Positions 1-8,506 of a DNA stretch of 64,000 nt are shown piece after piece. The position numbers were made by a program, and so were the translations under genes. Source of the DNA: a virus (Duplodnaviria > Heunggongvirae > Uroviricota > Caudoviricetes). Below the pieces are notes generated by a model. It was not told where the DNA came from. It ran no database searches and saw nothing but the letters and a program-made list of their open reading frames with translations. Each line of letters begins with the position of its first letter. Position 1 is the stretch's first letter. Location of the stretch: IMG/VR virus record IMGVR_UViG_3300047409_000308, positions 1-64,000 of that record. One strand, 5' to 3'.

Positions 1-80
1 TCGCGCGGTGCAAGCGGGGGTGCCGGGTACGTGGGGTCTGTAGGGCCAGGGATGGCCCGTAGCACGCGCTACAGCGTGCA

Positions 81-1016
81 TCAAGGCACGGTTGGCACCG
101 TGCTATCACCCGCTGCATCGGCCTCGCCGCTGCGTGTAGCAGCGTGCGCTGTGTCCTTAGCACTGATCGGTGCTGATTCTACTGATTGTTGTTCCCCCAT
201 TGCAGGTGGGTCAGTGCTTTGCCTGACAACTGGTTGATTCAATTGAGATTGTTGTTCTTTCTGTGCTGACTGCCTTACCTCGGCAGTCACCTCCACCTCA
301 TCAGCATCAATTGTAAGTCCTTGTCTTCTATCAGTTAATGTTGCAAGTGGTTGAGGTGGGTTCTCGAAGAACGCTCTCAACTTTGCGAGCAGTGTCGCCT
401 GGAGTTCGTGCGCTGGCACTGTGATGTTGGTTGTCTCTGTTCTCGTCACGAACATTCCAACCTCCGCAACCTTACCCAGTAGCTCTAGCGCACGCACTCG
501 CGTGCTATCGGTGAATGCTTCACGCGACTCGATTAACAGACGGTCGATGACATACTCACGAATGGCAGAAGCGTTCAGTCTCTGCTTATTGGTGAGAGTG
601 AGCGCCTGCTTATCCATCGCAGCGACGATAACAGGATGATTGCTCAGGTGATAGGCTGAGGTGTGCAAAGTGCGAGTTGCGCTCTTGTCGTTGGGGTAGG
701 CTGTCTTATACGCATGGATAAGGGTATCACCTGCAAGCATCTGATTCAGAAAGGTTGTTTGGTTTGGTGTAAGTTGATGTGAGTATCCCTTTGTGTATCG
801 TTCAGCTTCACTGGATGAGACTTTGATTGCTTTACGCAGTGATGACTCAAGTTTCTTGAGGTCAGACGCACTTGGTGCGGTAGTTCTATCCAGGATGTGA
901 GCACCTGGGTGTTGCCCAGTTTGTGCTTTGGTTTGAGTGCCGCGCAGGTAGTCTGATGAGAGTTCGCGCGCTGCTTCGCGTTGTTCTGAGCCAATGGATT
1001 CGTATGGAGATGGCAT
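81..1016 (-). CDS. Terminase small subunit (Terminase_2-like), 311 aa. The ORF extends to 1178, but the SD-supported start is the ATG at 1016.
   Basis: Motif 'LTPNQTTFLNQMLAGDTLIHAYKTAYP...ALELLGKVAEVGMFV' matches the Terminase_2 small-subunit family. AGGA Shine-Dalgarno 5 nt upstream of the 1016 ATG; none for 1178. Confidence 0.65.
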   Translation of the reverse strand: MPSPYESIGSEQREAARELSSDYLRGTQTKAQTGQHPGAHILDRTTAPSASDLKKLESSLRKAIKVSSSEAERYTKGYSHQLTPNQTTFLNQMLAGDTLIHAYKTAYPNDKSATRTLHTSAYHLSNHPVIVAAMDKQALTLTNKQRLNASAIREYVIDRLLIESREAFTDSTRVRALELLGKVAEVGMFVTRTETTNITVPAHELQATLLAKLRAFFENPPQPLATLTDRRQGLTIDADEVEVTAEVRQSAQKEQQSQLNQPVVRQSTDPPAMGEQQSVESAPISAKDTAHAATRSGEADAAGDSTVPTVP

Positions 1017-1186
1017 GGTGTTGGTCCTGGGATACGTAGGTATCGCAGGATACCTGAGGCATGGAGCGCTGGCGTAGCCAAGCGTAATGTTAGCCGAAGG
1101 ACTAACCCACCCGAAGTGGGGGCTGATTTTGACGTTAGCTGGTTGCAAACATATCTCAACCCGCTTCAGACCTTTCATCTGCCAGG

Positions 1187-1210
1187 CAGCCTAGCTTAGG
1201 TGCTAGGCTG
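1187..1210. repeat. Perfect 9-bp inverted repeat CAGCCTAGC-ttaggt-GCTAGGCTG (hairpin or protein-binding palindrome)
   Basis: Read directly from sequence. No U-tract on either strand, so not an intrinsic terminator. Confidence 0.4.
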
Positions 1211-1287
1211 CTCGTAGGGAACAACCTCCCCCACGCCTTCCAACGGAAAGATTATCGCGGTGCATCATTCTACTTTGAATAGATGCT

Positions 1288-1548
1288 GTCTCAGACTATC
1301 CGGCTCCTGAATCTAGCCTTGCTGCACGCTCTGAGACTAAACCGCCCACGTATTTGCCCCGTAGCAGTCGTTCCTTGGGCACATATCACGCACGTCAGTC
1401 AGTGGGGTTCACCTCTTTGATGGCCCGTGCGGATCACACAGGGTGTCTTCCCTGCACGCATCAGAACTATCCGCTCATATTCCCGGTCAAGGGGAGCATC
1501 TGATGCGTTCGCCTTCCATTTTCACTGCGGAATTGCTCGTCTGAGACT
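1288..1548. repeat. Three copies of GTCTCAGAC/TCTGAGACT in the noncoding region upstream of TerS: 1288-1297 inverted, 1330-1338 and 1540-1548 direct. Candidate cos/pac or regulatory repeats.
   Basis: Read directly. Copies 1 and 2 can form an 8-bp stem with a ~34-nt loop. Location matches the lambda cosB R-element arrangement next to the TerS gene. Confidence 0.3.
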
Positions 1549-1662
1549 GGAACCCGCACTCATACACACGTTTCCGGGGGGTATTTATCCGCCAGCACAG
1601 CAATCTCCCCGCAGCTACTTCCGGGGCAGTTGCCGAACTTTAACTGAGGCAAGCCGCTGTTG

Positions 1663-1950
1663 TCAACCACTGAGGAACCCGGCCTGGATAAACGGTATCG
1701 GGTCAACATCCTTCGGCATCCACCATTGCTTCTGCGCCGGATTCCACCGTGCGCCCATGGCTTTCGCCTCATCCTTGCGCTCATAGGGCACCGCGAGCCA
1801 CACAATCGCATCACTCCCATGCGCAGGCATCCCGCACATGAGGTGCGATAGCTTTGATTTCCCAGGCGCAGCCAGGGGAATAAAAACCCGCTGCCCTTTC
1901 CATTTCGCTTTTCCCTCCACCGAAAAACCCGATTTCCTGTATGCGCCCAT
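1663..1950 (-). CDS. Small DUF5710-domain protein (95 aa)
   Basis: C-terminal 'WLAVPYERKDEAKAMGARWNPAQKQWWMP' matches the DUF5710 motif seen at primase/ligase C-termini. Confidence 0.55.
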   Translation of the reverse strand: MGAYRKSGFSVEGKAKWKGQRVFIPLAAPGKSKLSHLMCGMPAHGSDAIVWLAVPYERKDEAKAMGARWNPAQKQWWMPKDVDPIPFIQAGFLSG

Positions 1951-2083
1951 AGCGGATTCTCCTATGAAAATCAGCGCAACCGCAAAACGCGGCTGAACTT
2001 CCGTTTTTCGGCACCCTACCCGACCTGCGAACCGTTCGCAACACCCTGAATGTGATGGACTAATAAAAAATGTTAGAAACTAG

Positions 2084-2113
2084 TTGACAATCACATTTTC
2101 TCCCATTTATACT
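2084..2113 (+). promoter_or_regulatory. Strong sigma70-like promoter: TTGACA, 17-18 nt spacer, TTATACT, with an A/T-rich UP-like element upstream
   Basis: TTGACA at 2084-2089 and TATACT at 2108-2113, preceded by 'taataaaaaatgttagaaac'. Points into the plus-strand operon. Confidence 0.5.
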
Positions 2114-2119
2114 GCGAAT

Positions 2120-2975
2120 CGTTGTAGAAACAAAACGGCACCGGGAGACAGCAGGGCGGCAGGCATCAAAGGTCGCCAGAACCTCAACCCCGGCAAGCGT
2201 GGAAGGGCAGATAGTAGTGCCAGGATGGAAGTCCGATTGCAAGTGTACGGCGAGTGCAGCGCCCGTAAGAGGCGAGCATGAGCAGGGTGCCTGAGGCGGC
2301 ATGCGTACTGACAAGCGGCTGAGAATCAGACATCTGGCATGAACGCTGTTCCGGGCAGTGCGGTTTGACTGTCTCATCCATCTACCGGGGATGTATGGCC
2401 CTGGATAGCGGAACACAGAAAGCAAGCGCCTGGGATAGCCCCACGTTGAGAAACGGTTGGGTCTGGTGTACACCCCCAAGTCTCTCTCGCCTTGCAGCCT
2501 GACCCAACGCACAGCAAATCCCGCCATTCGAGGGTATGCGAGAGTACGTCCTCTGCACTCGGCCTCACCTGGGACATCCCCTGCTGTGCTCCACACGATT
2601 CCCGCTTCCTGGCTACCCCTGTTAAAGGTTCCCTGCGGCCCAGGCGGAAGGCGTGCGGTAGTCCGATGAATCAATCGGCTCTGCCCCAATGCGCGAGACC
2701 TCAATTTCAGTTGAGGCCGCTACAGGGGCATTCCAGACGCTATTACAGGCTCACCAAGGCATGAACGATGCTCAGGGTAGGGTCCAAGGGTAGCTGCGCA
2801 GGATGTGGGTGATTGGCAACCGCCCAGGCCAAGGACAAGAGTCCCTTGTTACTCAGCCGGTAATTACATCATGCGTAGGTCGGCGCAAGGCAATGCGCCT
2901 TGAGTGCCTTGTTCGTACAGGGCATTCAAGGGGCATTTCGCCCATAACCAGTAGTCAACTTAGGAGCTACCCATC
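2120..2975 (+). other. ~850-nt GC-rich untranslated leader or candidate structured ncRNA between the promoter and the first gene
   Basis: No ORF with an RBS or plausible composition on either strand. Local hairpins such as caaggc-aatgc-gccttg. The first SD-preceded ATG is at 2976. Confidence 0.3.
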
Positions 2976-3215
2976 ATGACCAAGAAAGTCGCAACTCCCG
3001 CTGTCCCCGCTACCCCGGCTGCTGCCATACCGGGCCTCTCTACCGTCAGCCTCCCCTTCGACCGGGAAACCAAGAACACCTTCCGCTTCAGCGAGGTGTT
3101 GGCCGAGGGCGTGAAGTCCGTCCTCCCCGTAGGCACGATCTACGTCAACAAGAGCGCCTTCGGTGGCGAAGGGGTCGCCGCTCCCGCCTCGTTGACTGTC
3201 ACGCTTGCGTGGTAA
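2976..3215 (+). CDS. Hypothetical protein (79 aa), first gene of the early operon
   Basis: ATG preceded by AGGAGCTACC; Ala/Pro/Thr-rich N-terminus. Confidence 0.6.
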   Translation: MTKKVATPAVPATPAAAIPGLSTVSLPFDRETKNTFRFSEVLAEGVKSVLPVGTIYVNKSAFGGEGVAAPASLTVTLAW

Positions 3216-3352
3216 GAGCCTAGTCGATGACCCCTGCGCTATTACAGGCAGGGGATTCGACTGTGCTTTTCGGCACGGTGCAACATCGCCACAAGGTAAC
3301 AGAAAGTCCCGTAGGGACTGTATGGAGCCGAAGGCGACCACCAGGAGCTACC

Positions 3353-3619
3353 ATGCATATCAAATCCAACGGCCAGCGCACAAGTGCGCTCCAACCCCGC
3401 AGGTTCTTCATCTCCCATCGGCATGAGGATTTCCCCATCGCCTACCTCGGCGGTACGGGCAGGTTTTTCTACCGCCCCGCCATCCCCAACCCCCCGGTGG
3501 AAGTGACATACCGCAAGCGGGAAGTGGATATTTTCGGGCAATTTCAGGCGTCAGCACTGATCCCCCGCAGTGGGGACATCACCGTGTCCCGCCAGCATTT
3601 CGCTACGGTGGCAGCATGA
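3353..3619 (+). CDS. Hypothetical protein (88 aa). Alternative start at 3227.
   Basis: ATG directly follows the AGGAGCTACC motif; in frame with track ORF 3227..3619. Confidence 0.5.
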   Translation: MHIKSNGQRTSALQPRRFFISHRHEDFPIAYLGGTGRFFYRPAIPNPPVEVTYRKREVDIFGQFQASALIPRSGDITVSRQHFATVAA

Positions 3620-3834
3620 GCTTCGCCCCGGAGGTCATTGCCGATTCAAGCGGCAAATTCTGCGGCAACAGCCTGCGCTTCGCCACCCGCGAGGAAGTAG
3701 AGCAGAACGTGCGTGACCTGGAGTTCCGCTGGATGGCGGTGCGCGAGACCCGCGTTGTTGAGTCATCCGACCCGGTGAACTACACCTACCTGCCCGGCAC
3801 GGATGGCAGGCGCACCCTGGAGGCGGCGGCATGA
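3616..3834 (+). CDS. Hypothetical protein (72 aa)
   Basis: ATGA start/stop overlap with the upstream gene. Confidence 0.5.
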   Translation: MSFAPEVIADSSGKFCGNSLRFATREEVEQNVRDLEFRWMAVRETRVVESSDPVNYTYLPGTDGRRTLEAAA

Positions 3835-4067
3835 GCAATATCAGGCAACGCACTGATCCACCAGCAGTGGGGATCACACCTGAGCAAATAGCCCAAGGGG
3901 AGCGGCAATGCCGGGAATACGAAACAGCCCAGTTTGCAGCCCAGTTTGATTGGCTGGAATTCATCCTCGTCGTCTTTTTCTTCTGGGGGTTCGCCCTACA
4001 GGCATTGATCGCATCGATCTTCATTTGCGATTGCGATCGGCAGGATACCGATAGGAGGGATATATGA
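3831..4067 (+). CDS. Hypothetical small membrane protein (78 aa)
   Basis: ATGA overlap; hydrophobic segment 'FILVVFFFWGFALQALIASIFI'. Confidence 0.5.
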   Translation: MSNIRQRTDPPAVGITPEQIAQGERQCREYETAQFAAQFDWLEFILVVFFFWGFALQALIASIFICDCDRQDTDRRDI

Positions 4068-4486
4068 AATTCCGCAACGTTACCCGCGAACAACTCGAAC
4101 AAGCCCTCTATACCACCTCCATCATCCACTACCCGGACCCAAGCCCAGAGAACTATGGCGGCGGCGGTAATTTGATCTGGAAGCGTGCGCCAACCCGCAA
4201 AGGCAATGCGTTTATCGCCACTTTGCGCGTCAAGGACAGCCACAAGGCAGGTGCGCGTCTGTCGGCGCAAGGCAAGCATACCGTCGCCGCTTCCTGGCAT
4301 GCCCACCGGGATTTCTTCCGTACCCTCCTGACCGTCGCCCCGGAGTGCATCATTGACACTGGCTTGTACGGGGCACAACGCTATGCGGGGCTGGAAGATT
4401 TCGAGCAGAAACACCCGGCGACGTATTTCATCAATATCGGCAGCGAGGCATGCCATGTTCGCATCGGCGAACTGTCCGTACTGTAA
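4064..4486 (+). CDS. Hypothetical protein (140 aa)
   Basis: ATGA overlap with upstream gene; GGAG-like RBS ('gatagGAGGgatatATG'). Confidence 0.6.
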   Translation: MKFRNVTREQLEQALYTTSIIHYPDPSPENYGGGGNLIWKRAPTRKGNAFIATLRVKDSHKAGARLSAQGKHTVAASWHAHRDFFRTLLTVAPECIIDTGLYGAQRYAGLEDFEQKHPATYFINIGSEACHVRIGELSVL

Positions 4487-4581
4487 CAGGACGAAACCAC
4501 CCACAGCAGGAAGGCTGTCGCATAGGGTGGTCAGCGGGTATCCGCCCGCTCTGACGAGTCCAACCCAGGAGCTACCGCGCC

Positions 4582-4695
4582 ATGAGTGAAAAATCCGCTA
4601 ATCCCCGCCCGTTGTCGAAGGCGCAGATCGAGGCAACGATGCATCGTTTGAAGTATCGCTACGATGAACGAATCCGCAATAAAGATGAAAGATGA
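4582..4695 (+). CDS. Small hypothetical protein (37 aa)
   Basis: ATG preceded by the conserved AGGAGCTACC motif. Translates MSEKSANPRPLSKAQIEATMHRLKYRYDERIRNKDER. Confidence 0.35.
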   Translation: MSEKSANPRPLSKAQIEATMHRLKYRYDERIRNKDER

Positions 4696-4969
4696 TGCGG
4701 AAACGAAAGCCCTGTGCGCCTTGCGCAAGAAAGAGCTTGAGAAAATTCTCACTTCATGCACCCCGGACCAGCGCAGTGCAATCATCCGGGCAGTGGGCGC
4801 TGATGATATTCCTGGCATCCCGAAAGCCAGAGGGCACGCTGCCGGGGCACATGATTTGTTTCATCAGGCATTAGACGACCTGGAATACACCCTCGTCATG
4901 GCCGATAACCACACCTTCCAGCACGCCATTGACGCCTTCGAGCAGAAGGTCAGCAAGCTGTTGAAATAG
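4664..4969 (+). CDS. Hypothetical protein (101 aa). Alternative start at 4685.
   Basis: Six-frame ORF; overlaps the preceding small ORF in another frame. Confidence 0.5.
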   Translation: MNESAIKMKDDAETKALCALRKKELEKILTSCTPDQRSAIIRAVGADDIPGIPKARGHAAGAHDLFHQALDDLEYTLVMADNHTFQHAIDAFEQKVSKLLK

Positions 4970-5052
4970 GACGAAATGCCATCCGGGGCATCTGCTGGTC
5001 TTGCCAGCACCGATGAGTCCGTCATTCACCGGAACTTTAATCAGGAGCTACC

Positions 5053-5274
5053 GTGGATAACTCAGGTATTCAGCCTTGGAGCCAAGGCCCGTTGTACCCC
5101 GCAGTCATCGCCCGCATCGATACCGTCGGCGCGGATGGGAATACCGTGCGCAGCGAGTGGGAATTGACCTATGGGCAGCACGTCATTACCTACCGCAGCC
5201 GCGAGATGGCCGAAGGCATTGCCCGTCACTTCAAGCAGCTACATGAATATCACCGTCAGCAGATAGCAGCGTGA
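5053..5274 (+). CDS. Hypothetical protein (73 aa), GTG start
   Basis: GTG directly after the AGGAGCTACC motif. Confidence 0.5.
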   Translation: MDNSGIQPWSQGPLYPAVIARIDTVGADGNTVRSEWELTYGQHVITYRSREMAEGIARHFKQLHEYHRQQIAA

Positions 5275-5453
5275 GCAGAAAACCACTTGCTGGAAAAAAA
5301 GCATTCTACGCTATGGGACAAAGCGATAAAAGTAGAGCCGTAAAAAGGCGCTTTACCCCGCCGCCCGACCCCAATCGCACCCCGCCTTCGGAATGGCCGG
5401 TTTGGGCTAAGACCGCGTATGTTCGCGGCTGGCACGGACTGGGACTGAAATGA
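5271..5453 (+). CDS. Hypothetical protein (60 aa)
   Basis: Start/stop overlap with neighbours (translationally coupled chain). Confidence 0.4.
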   Translation: MSRKPLAGKKAFYAMGQSDKSRAVKRRFTPPPDPNRTPPSEWPVWAKTAYVRGWHGLGLK

Positions 5454-5632
5454 AAGAACAAACCGTCAATATCGACTGGACCGCTGCAAGGTTGAAGCGG
5501 TTCAACGCAGCCTATGCCGCTGCCTGCGTGGCCGGAGTCGATACCTTTCGCTTCGAGGGCAACGAGTTCGTGGTGAGCTATGCCAAGTACCTGATCGAGT
5601 ACTTACAGGGGAGGTTCAATGGAAAACGGTAA
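5450..5632 (+). CDS. Hypothetical protein (60 aa)
   Basis: ATGA overlap chain. Confidence 0.45.
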   Translation: MKEQTVNIDWTAARLKRFNAAYAAACVAGVDTFRFEGNEFVVSYAKYLIEYLQGRFNGKR

Positions 5633-6134
5633 AGGGATCAGCCGGGAGCAGGTGACAGAGGTGCATGCACGCTTGGTGGAGATGGCGCAAGGCATCGTGG
5701 AACTGCGCGAATGCGAGTCCATCCTGCTCGCATTGGAACCCATGGAAAAGAAGGATGGCAGCTTCGGCCTTGCCCCGGTGCAGTACGGCCTCTATCCGCT
5801 CTCCGATGTCAGCAAGATCGCGCTCCCCTTCTTCATGCAAGCCATGGCGAAGCGCTACGGCCTCGCCGTGTATCTGTGCGAGGCGTGGCAGGTAATCCGC
5901 TCGGAGAAGGAAGTGCAGACACAGGAATACAAGCCCCCATCGCAATGCGAGGACCGGGTGGAGGTGGTGGTGATGTTTTTTGTAGCTGACGGCTGGCGTG
6001 CCCAGGTGTCCCATCCCGTCACCACCGTCAACGGCAAGCGCACCCTACCGGATGCGGCAATCGTCTATGAGGACAAGGACACCCGCTTCATGGGCGCGAT
6101 GGTGGGCAGTACCCCGGAGAGAACGGTGCAGTAA
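5619..6134 (+). CDS. Hypothetical protein (171 aa)
   Basis: Long ORF, 14-nt overlap with upstream gene. Confidence 0.55.
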   Translation: MENGKGISREQVTEVHARLVEMAQGIVELRECESILLALEPMEKKDGSFGLAPVQYGLYPLSDVSKIALPFFMQAMAKRYGLAVYLCEAWQVIRSEKEVQTQEYKPPSQCEDRVEVVVMFFVADGWRAQVSHPVTTVNGKRTLPDAAIVYEDKDTRFMGAMVGSTPERTVQ

Positions 6135-6232
6135 AACGAAGCCGATTGCCCATGGGAAAGGACATGGGCAGCGGGCTGCGCTTTAGCGCATGACCGGTCG
6201 ATGGCGGAATCCATCGCTTTGCAGGAGGCAGC

Positions 6233-6565
6233 ATGAAGGCATTTCATAGTTTCACCCTGGAAACCCGCACCTTCGGGTTGAACGCACGGCCCAGTACGCA
6301 CGGCAACCTCTACGACAAGGTTGTAGCTGTCGGGACTTTTTTTCTTGATCCTCTGCCTGCCGTGGGCATGGACAACGCCCGCTTCACCATCAAATCCCCG
6401 TTGGGCGAAAGAAAGCGCGTGCAGTCCCTCGATGCGGCGCACAAGGCGATTGAGGCTTGGGCCATCGATGCGGCGGCAGGCTTGCCCTCGTTGCATGGCA
6501 CCGACTCGGCGCTGGTGGCGTGGAGGATTAAAAATTACTGCGGTGGGCACAATGCCGTGGCTTGA
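6233..6565 (+). CDS. Hypothetical protein (110 aa)
   Basis: AGGAGG RBS: 'gcAGGAGGcagcATG'. Confidence 0.55.
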   Translation: MKAFHSFTLETRTFGLNARPSTHGNLYDKVVAVGTFFLDPLPAVGMDNARFTIKSPLGERKRVQSLDAAHKAIEAWAIDAAAGLPSLHGTDSALVAWRIKNYCGGHNAVA

Positions 6566-6688
6566 GGTGCTCAACTGGATATTCTGCGGGCTCAACCTCG
6601 CTATCTATTTCGCCTTCGGCCACCTGGATAGCTTGATCGTTGGATGCCTCAACGGTTTCACCGCAATGAACATAAGGACTCCACCGCA

Positions 6689-7144
6689 ATGAGCAAGAAA
6701 CCTGTTCTCATGCTGATGCTGAACGATGGCGCGATCAAGAGCGTCATCACCGATACCCAGGACTGCGCCGAGTTCATCATGGTCAATATCTGCACCCAGG
6801 GTTCGCCGCAGACGAACTTACAGCCCCTTGCCATCACGTTCTCCGATGGCACGAAGCAGGAGGTGCTGGCAAATCTGACACGCCTGCATGTCAGGACCGC
6901 GCCTCCAGGAGATACGGTCATGGCGCAGTTCCACGCAGTCTGCCCGCCGGGAGAGTACGACATCGAGCGCACCGAACACGTAGAAGTCAGCGTGGACAAG
7001 GAGGGGACCATCTCGCCCAAGGACCATGACAGAGTGGCGCTGCGCACACGCAATGTCATTGCCGATTTTCAACGCACCCTGCAAAAGGACTACGGGCTGG
7101 ACTTGAACCCCGAAGACTTCCTGAAGTACCACCCGGAGGATTGA
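6689..7144 (+). CDS. Hypothetical protein (151 aa)
   Basis: AAGGA RBS before the ATG at 6689; in frame with track ORF 6644..7144. Confidence 0.5.
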   Translation: MSKKPVLMLMLNDGAIKSVITDTQDCAEFIMVNICTQGSPQTNLQPLAITFSDGTKQEVLANLTRLHVRTAPPGDTVMAQFHAVCPPGEYDIERTEHVEVSVDKEGTISPKDHDRVALRTRNVIADFQRTLQKDYGLDLNPEDFLKYHPED

Positions 7145-7518
7145 AGCGAATGAACCGCGAGGAAAAGATCATCGTTGCAGCCATTTCCGCCCTCTCCCGC
7201 ATCGACCCGAAAGTGCTGGCCCTGGGCATTGTGCGCGCCGCGCATGCCGGACTGGCGGATAAGGGCAAGCCCATGCCTGCAACGCGCAAGCGCGTTCCAG
7301 AACAGTACCGCCAAGTCCAGGCGGCGCTCGCCGCGCTCGGCATGATGCAAGACCTCATGGAGCACCTGGAGAAGTTCAATGCCGACCAGCGTGCCAGGAA
7401 GGAAAGCGAGAAAGAAGTGAAGGATTCGTCTTTCTCCGCAGAGGATCAGGCGCGGGCGGCTGAAATCCTGGCCGCGTTCATGGAACGTTCCGGGGTGCAT
7501 ATCAAGGGCGAATCGTAA
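7141..7518 (+). CDS. Hypothetical protein (125 aa)
   Basis: ATGA overlap with upstream gene. Confidence 0.55.
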   Translation: MKRMNREEKIIVAAISALSRIDPKVLALGIVRAAHAGLADKGKPMPATRKRVPEQYRQVQAALAALGMMQDLMEHLEKFNADQRARKESEKEVKDSSFSAEDQARAAEILAAFMERSGVHIKGES

Positions 7519-7688
7519 TGTTCACCCTGAATCAGATACTCAAGGCACATCCGGAATGGGGCGACTTGGATGTGGTTGTTTATCGCAGTGACGGTTCCTA
7601 TGACTATGTAGGAGCGTCCGGCGCTGTATATGAAGCGCCGGACGAGAACGAAGAAAACAGGCGTGTCCTTGTTTTTGCTGGCAACTAG
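7518..7688 (+). CDS. Small hypothetical protein (56 aa)
   Basis: TAATG overlap with upstream gene. Translates MFTLNQILKAHPEWGDLDVVVYRSDGSYDYVGASGAVYEAPDENEENRRVLVFAGN. Confidence 0.3.
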   Translation: MFTLNQILKAHPEWGDLDVVVYRSDGSYDYVGASGAVYEAPDENEENRRVLVFAGN

Positions 7689-7766
7689 ACCGAAACCACC
7701 CTCCGTGGTGGTCAGCGAGTATTCGCTCGCTCTGATGATGGTCAGCAACTCAGAATAGGAGAACCG

Positions 7767-8375
7767 ATGGAGGAAACACAGATCAACCGCGAGGAATGGC
7801 TCGGGTGCGTGATGGATGAACTGCGCCCGGTGTTCAAGAAAGTGTGTTTCCCGCTGCCGAAGAACATCCGCGTTACCTGCGGCTTTCCCTCCACCCATGC
7901 CCGCACTGCGCTGAAACGCGCCATCGGAGAGTCGTGGTCTAGCAACGCTTCCGGGGATGGCACGTATGAAGTGCTGGTGTCGCCGGTGGAGGGCGAATCG
8001 GTCGCTGCTGCCGCCATCCTGGCGCATGAATTGTCCCATGTTGCAGCAGGCCACAAGTACGGACACCGGGGACCGTTCGTGACGTGTATTCGTGCAGTGG
8101 GCCTCGTTGATAAACCTACCGCAACCCATGCTGGTCCAATGTTTAAACAGTTCATGGATGGCGTTGTATCGTTATACGGGTCGTACCCGCATGCTTCGTT
8201 GAACGTGGTTCCACTGCGCAAGGTGCAGGGGACAAGGTTGTTGCGCTGCCGCTGCCCCGACTGCGGCTATACCGTGCGGGTGACGATGAAGTGGCTCGAT
8301 ATTGCCGGTCCTCCGCTGTGCCCGAATTTCTCCGGGCACAACGGCAGGGTAGCTCCGGTCAGGATGACGGTATGA
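7767..8375 (+). CDS. Putative zincin-type metallopeptidase (HExxH) with C-terminal Cys4 zinc ribbon (202 aa). SprT/ArdC/DUF2201_N-like.
   Basis: Motif 'AILAHELSHVAAGH'; C-terminal 'CRCPDCG...CPNFSGH'; GGAGAA RBS. Confidence 0.55.
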   Translation: MEETQINREEWLGCVMDELRPVFKKVCFPLPKNIRVTCGFPSTHARTALKRAIGESWSSNASGDGTYEVLVSPVEGESVAAAAILAHELSHVAAGHKYGHRGPFVTCIRAVGLVDKPTATHAGPMFKQFMDGVVSLYGSYPHASLNVVPLRKVQGTRLLRCRCPDCGYTVRVTMKWLDIAGPPLCPNFSGHNGRVAPVRMTV

Positions 8376-8506
8376 ACATCATCAAAATCCTGCTCCTGAT
8401 CGATCTGGTGCTGCTGTATGCCGTGCTGTATCGCATGCGGTGGCTTGCGATATGGAAACCGTGTTTCGATAGCTTGAAAACCTACATGAGAGACAGGCAA
8501 CGGTGA
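8372..8506 (+). CDS. Small membrane protein (44 aa)
   Basis: ATGA overlap with the peptidase gene; one hydrophobic helix 'IIKILLLIDLVLLYAVLY'. Confidence 0.35.
   Translation: MNIIKILLLIDLVLLYAVLYRMRWLAIWKPCFDSLKTYMRDRQR

Noticed and set aside
2060-2704. 214-aa minus-strand ORF, plus several 60-90-aa ORFs on both strands, inside the 2120..2975 leader
   Set aside because: Arg/Pro-rich random-looking composition, no RBS and mutually overlapping on both strands. These are typical high-GC shadow ORFs, so the region is treated as noncoding.
1181-2975. Search for a tRNA/tmRNA (attachment site) or RNase P-like RNA in the large noncoding region, and in 23931..24280
   Set aside because: No T-loop-like GGTTCGAATCC/GTTCGAGTC motif, no tag-peptide reading frame and no acceptor-stem-CCA pattern were seen. 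An unrecognised RNA is still possible (covered in the leader finding).
2735-3248. 13-nt direct repeat CGCTATTACAGGC flanking the first gene (2735 and 3236)
   Set aside because: About 30 chance 13-mer repeats are expected in 64 kb, so this is not significant by itself.
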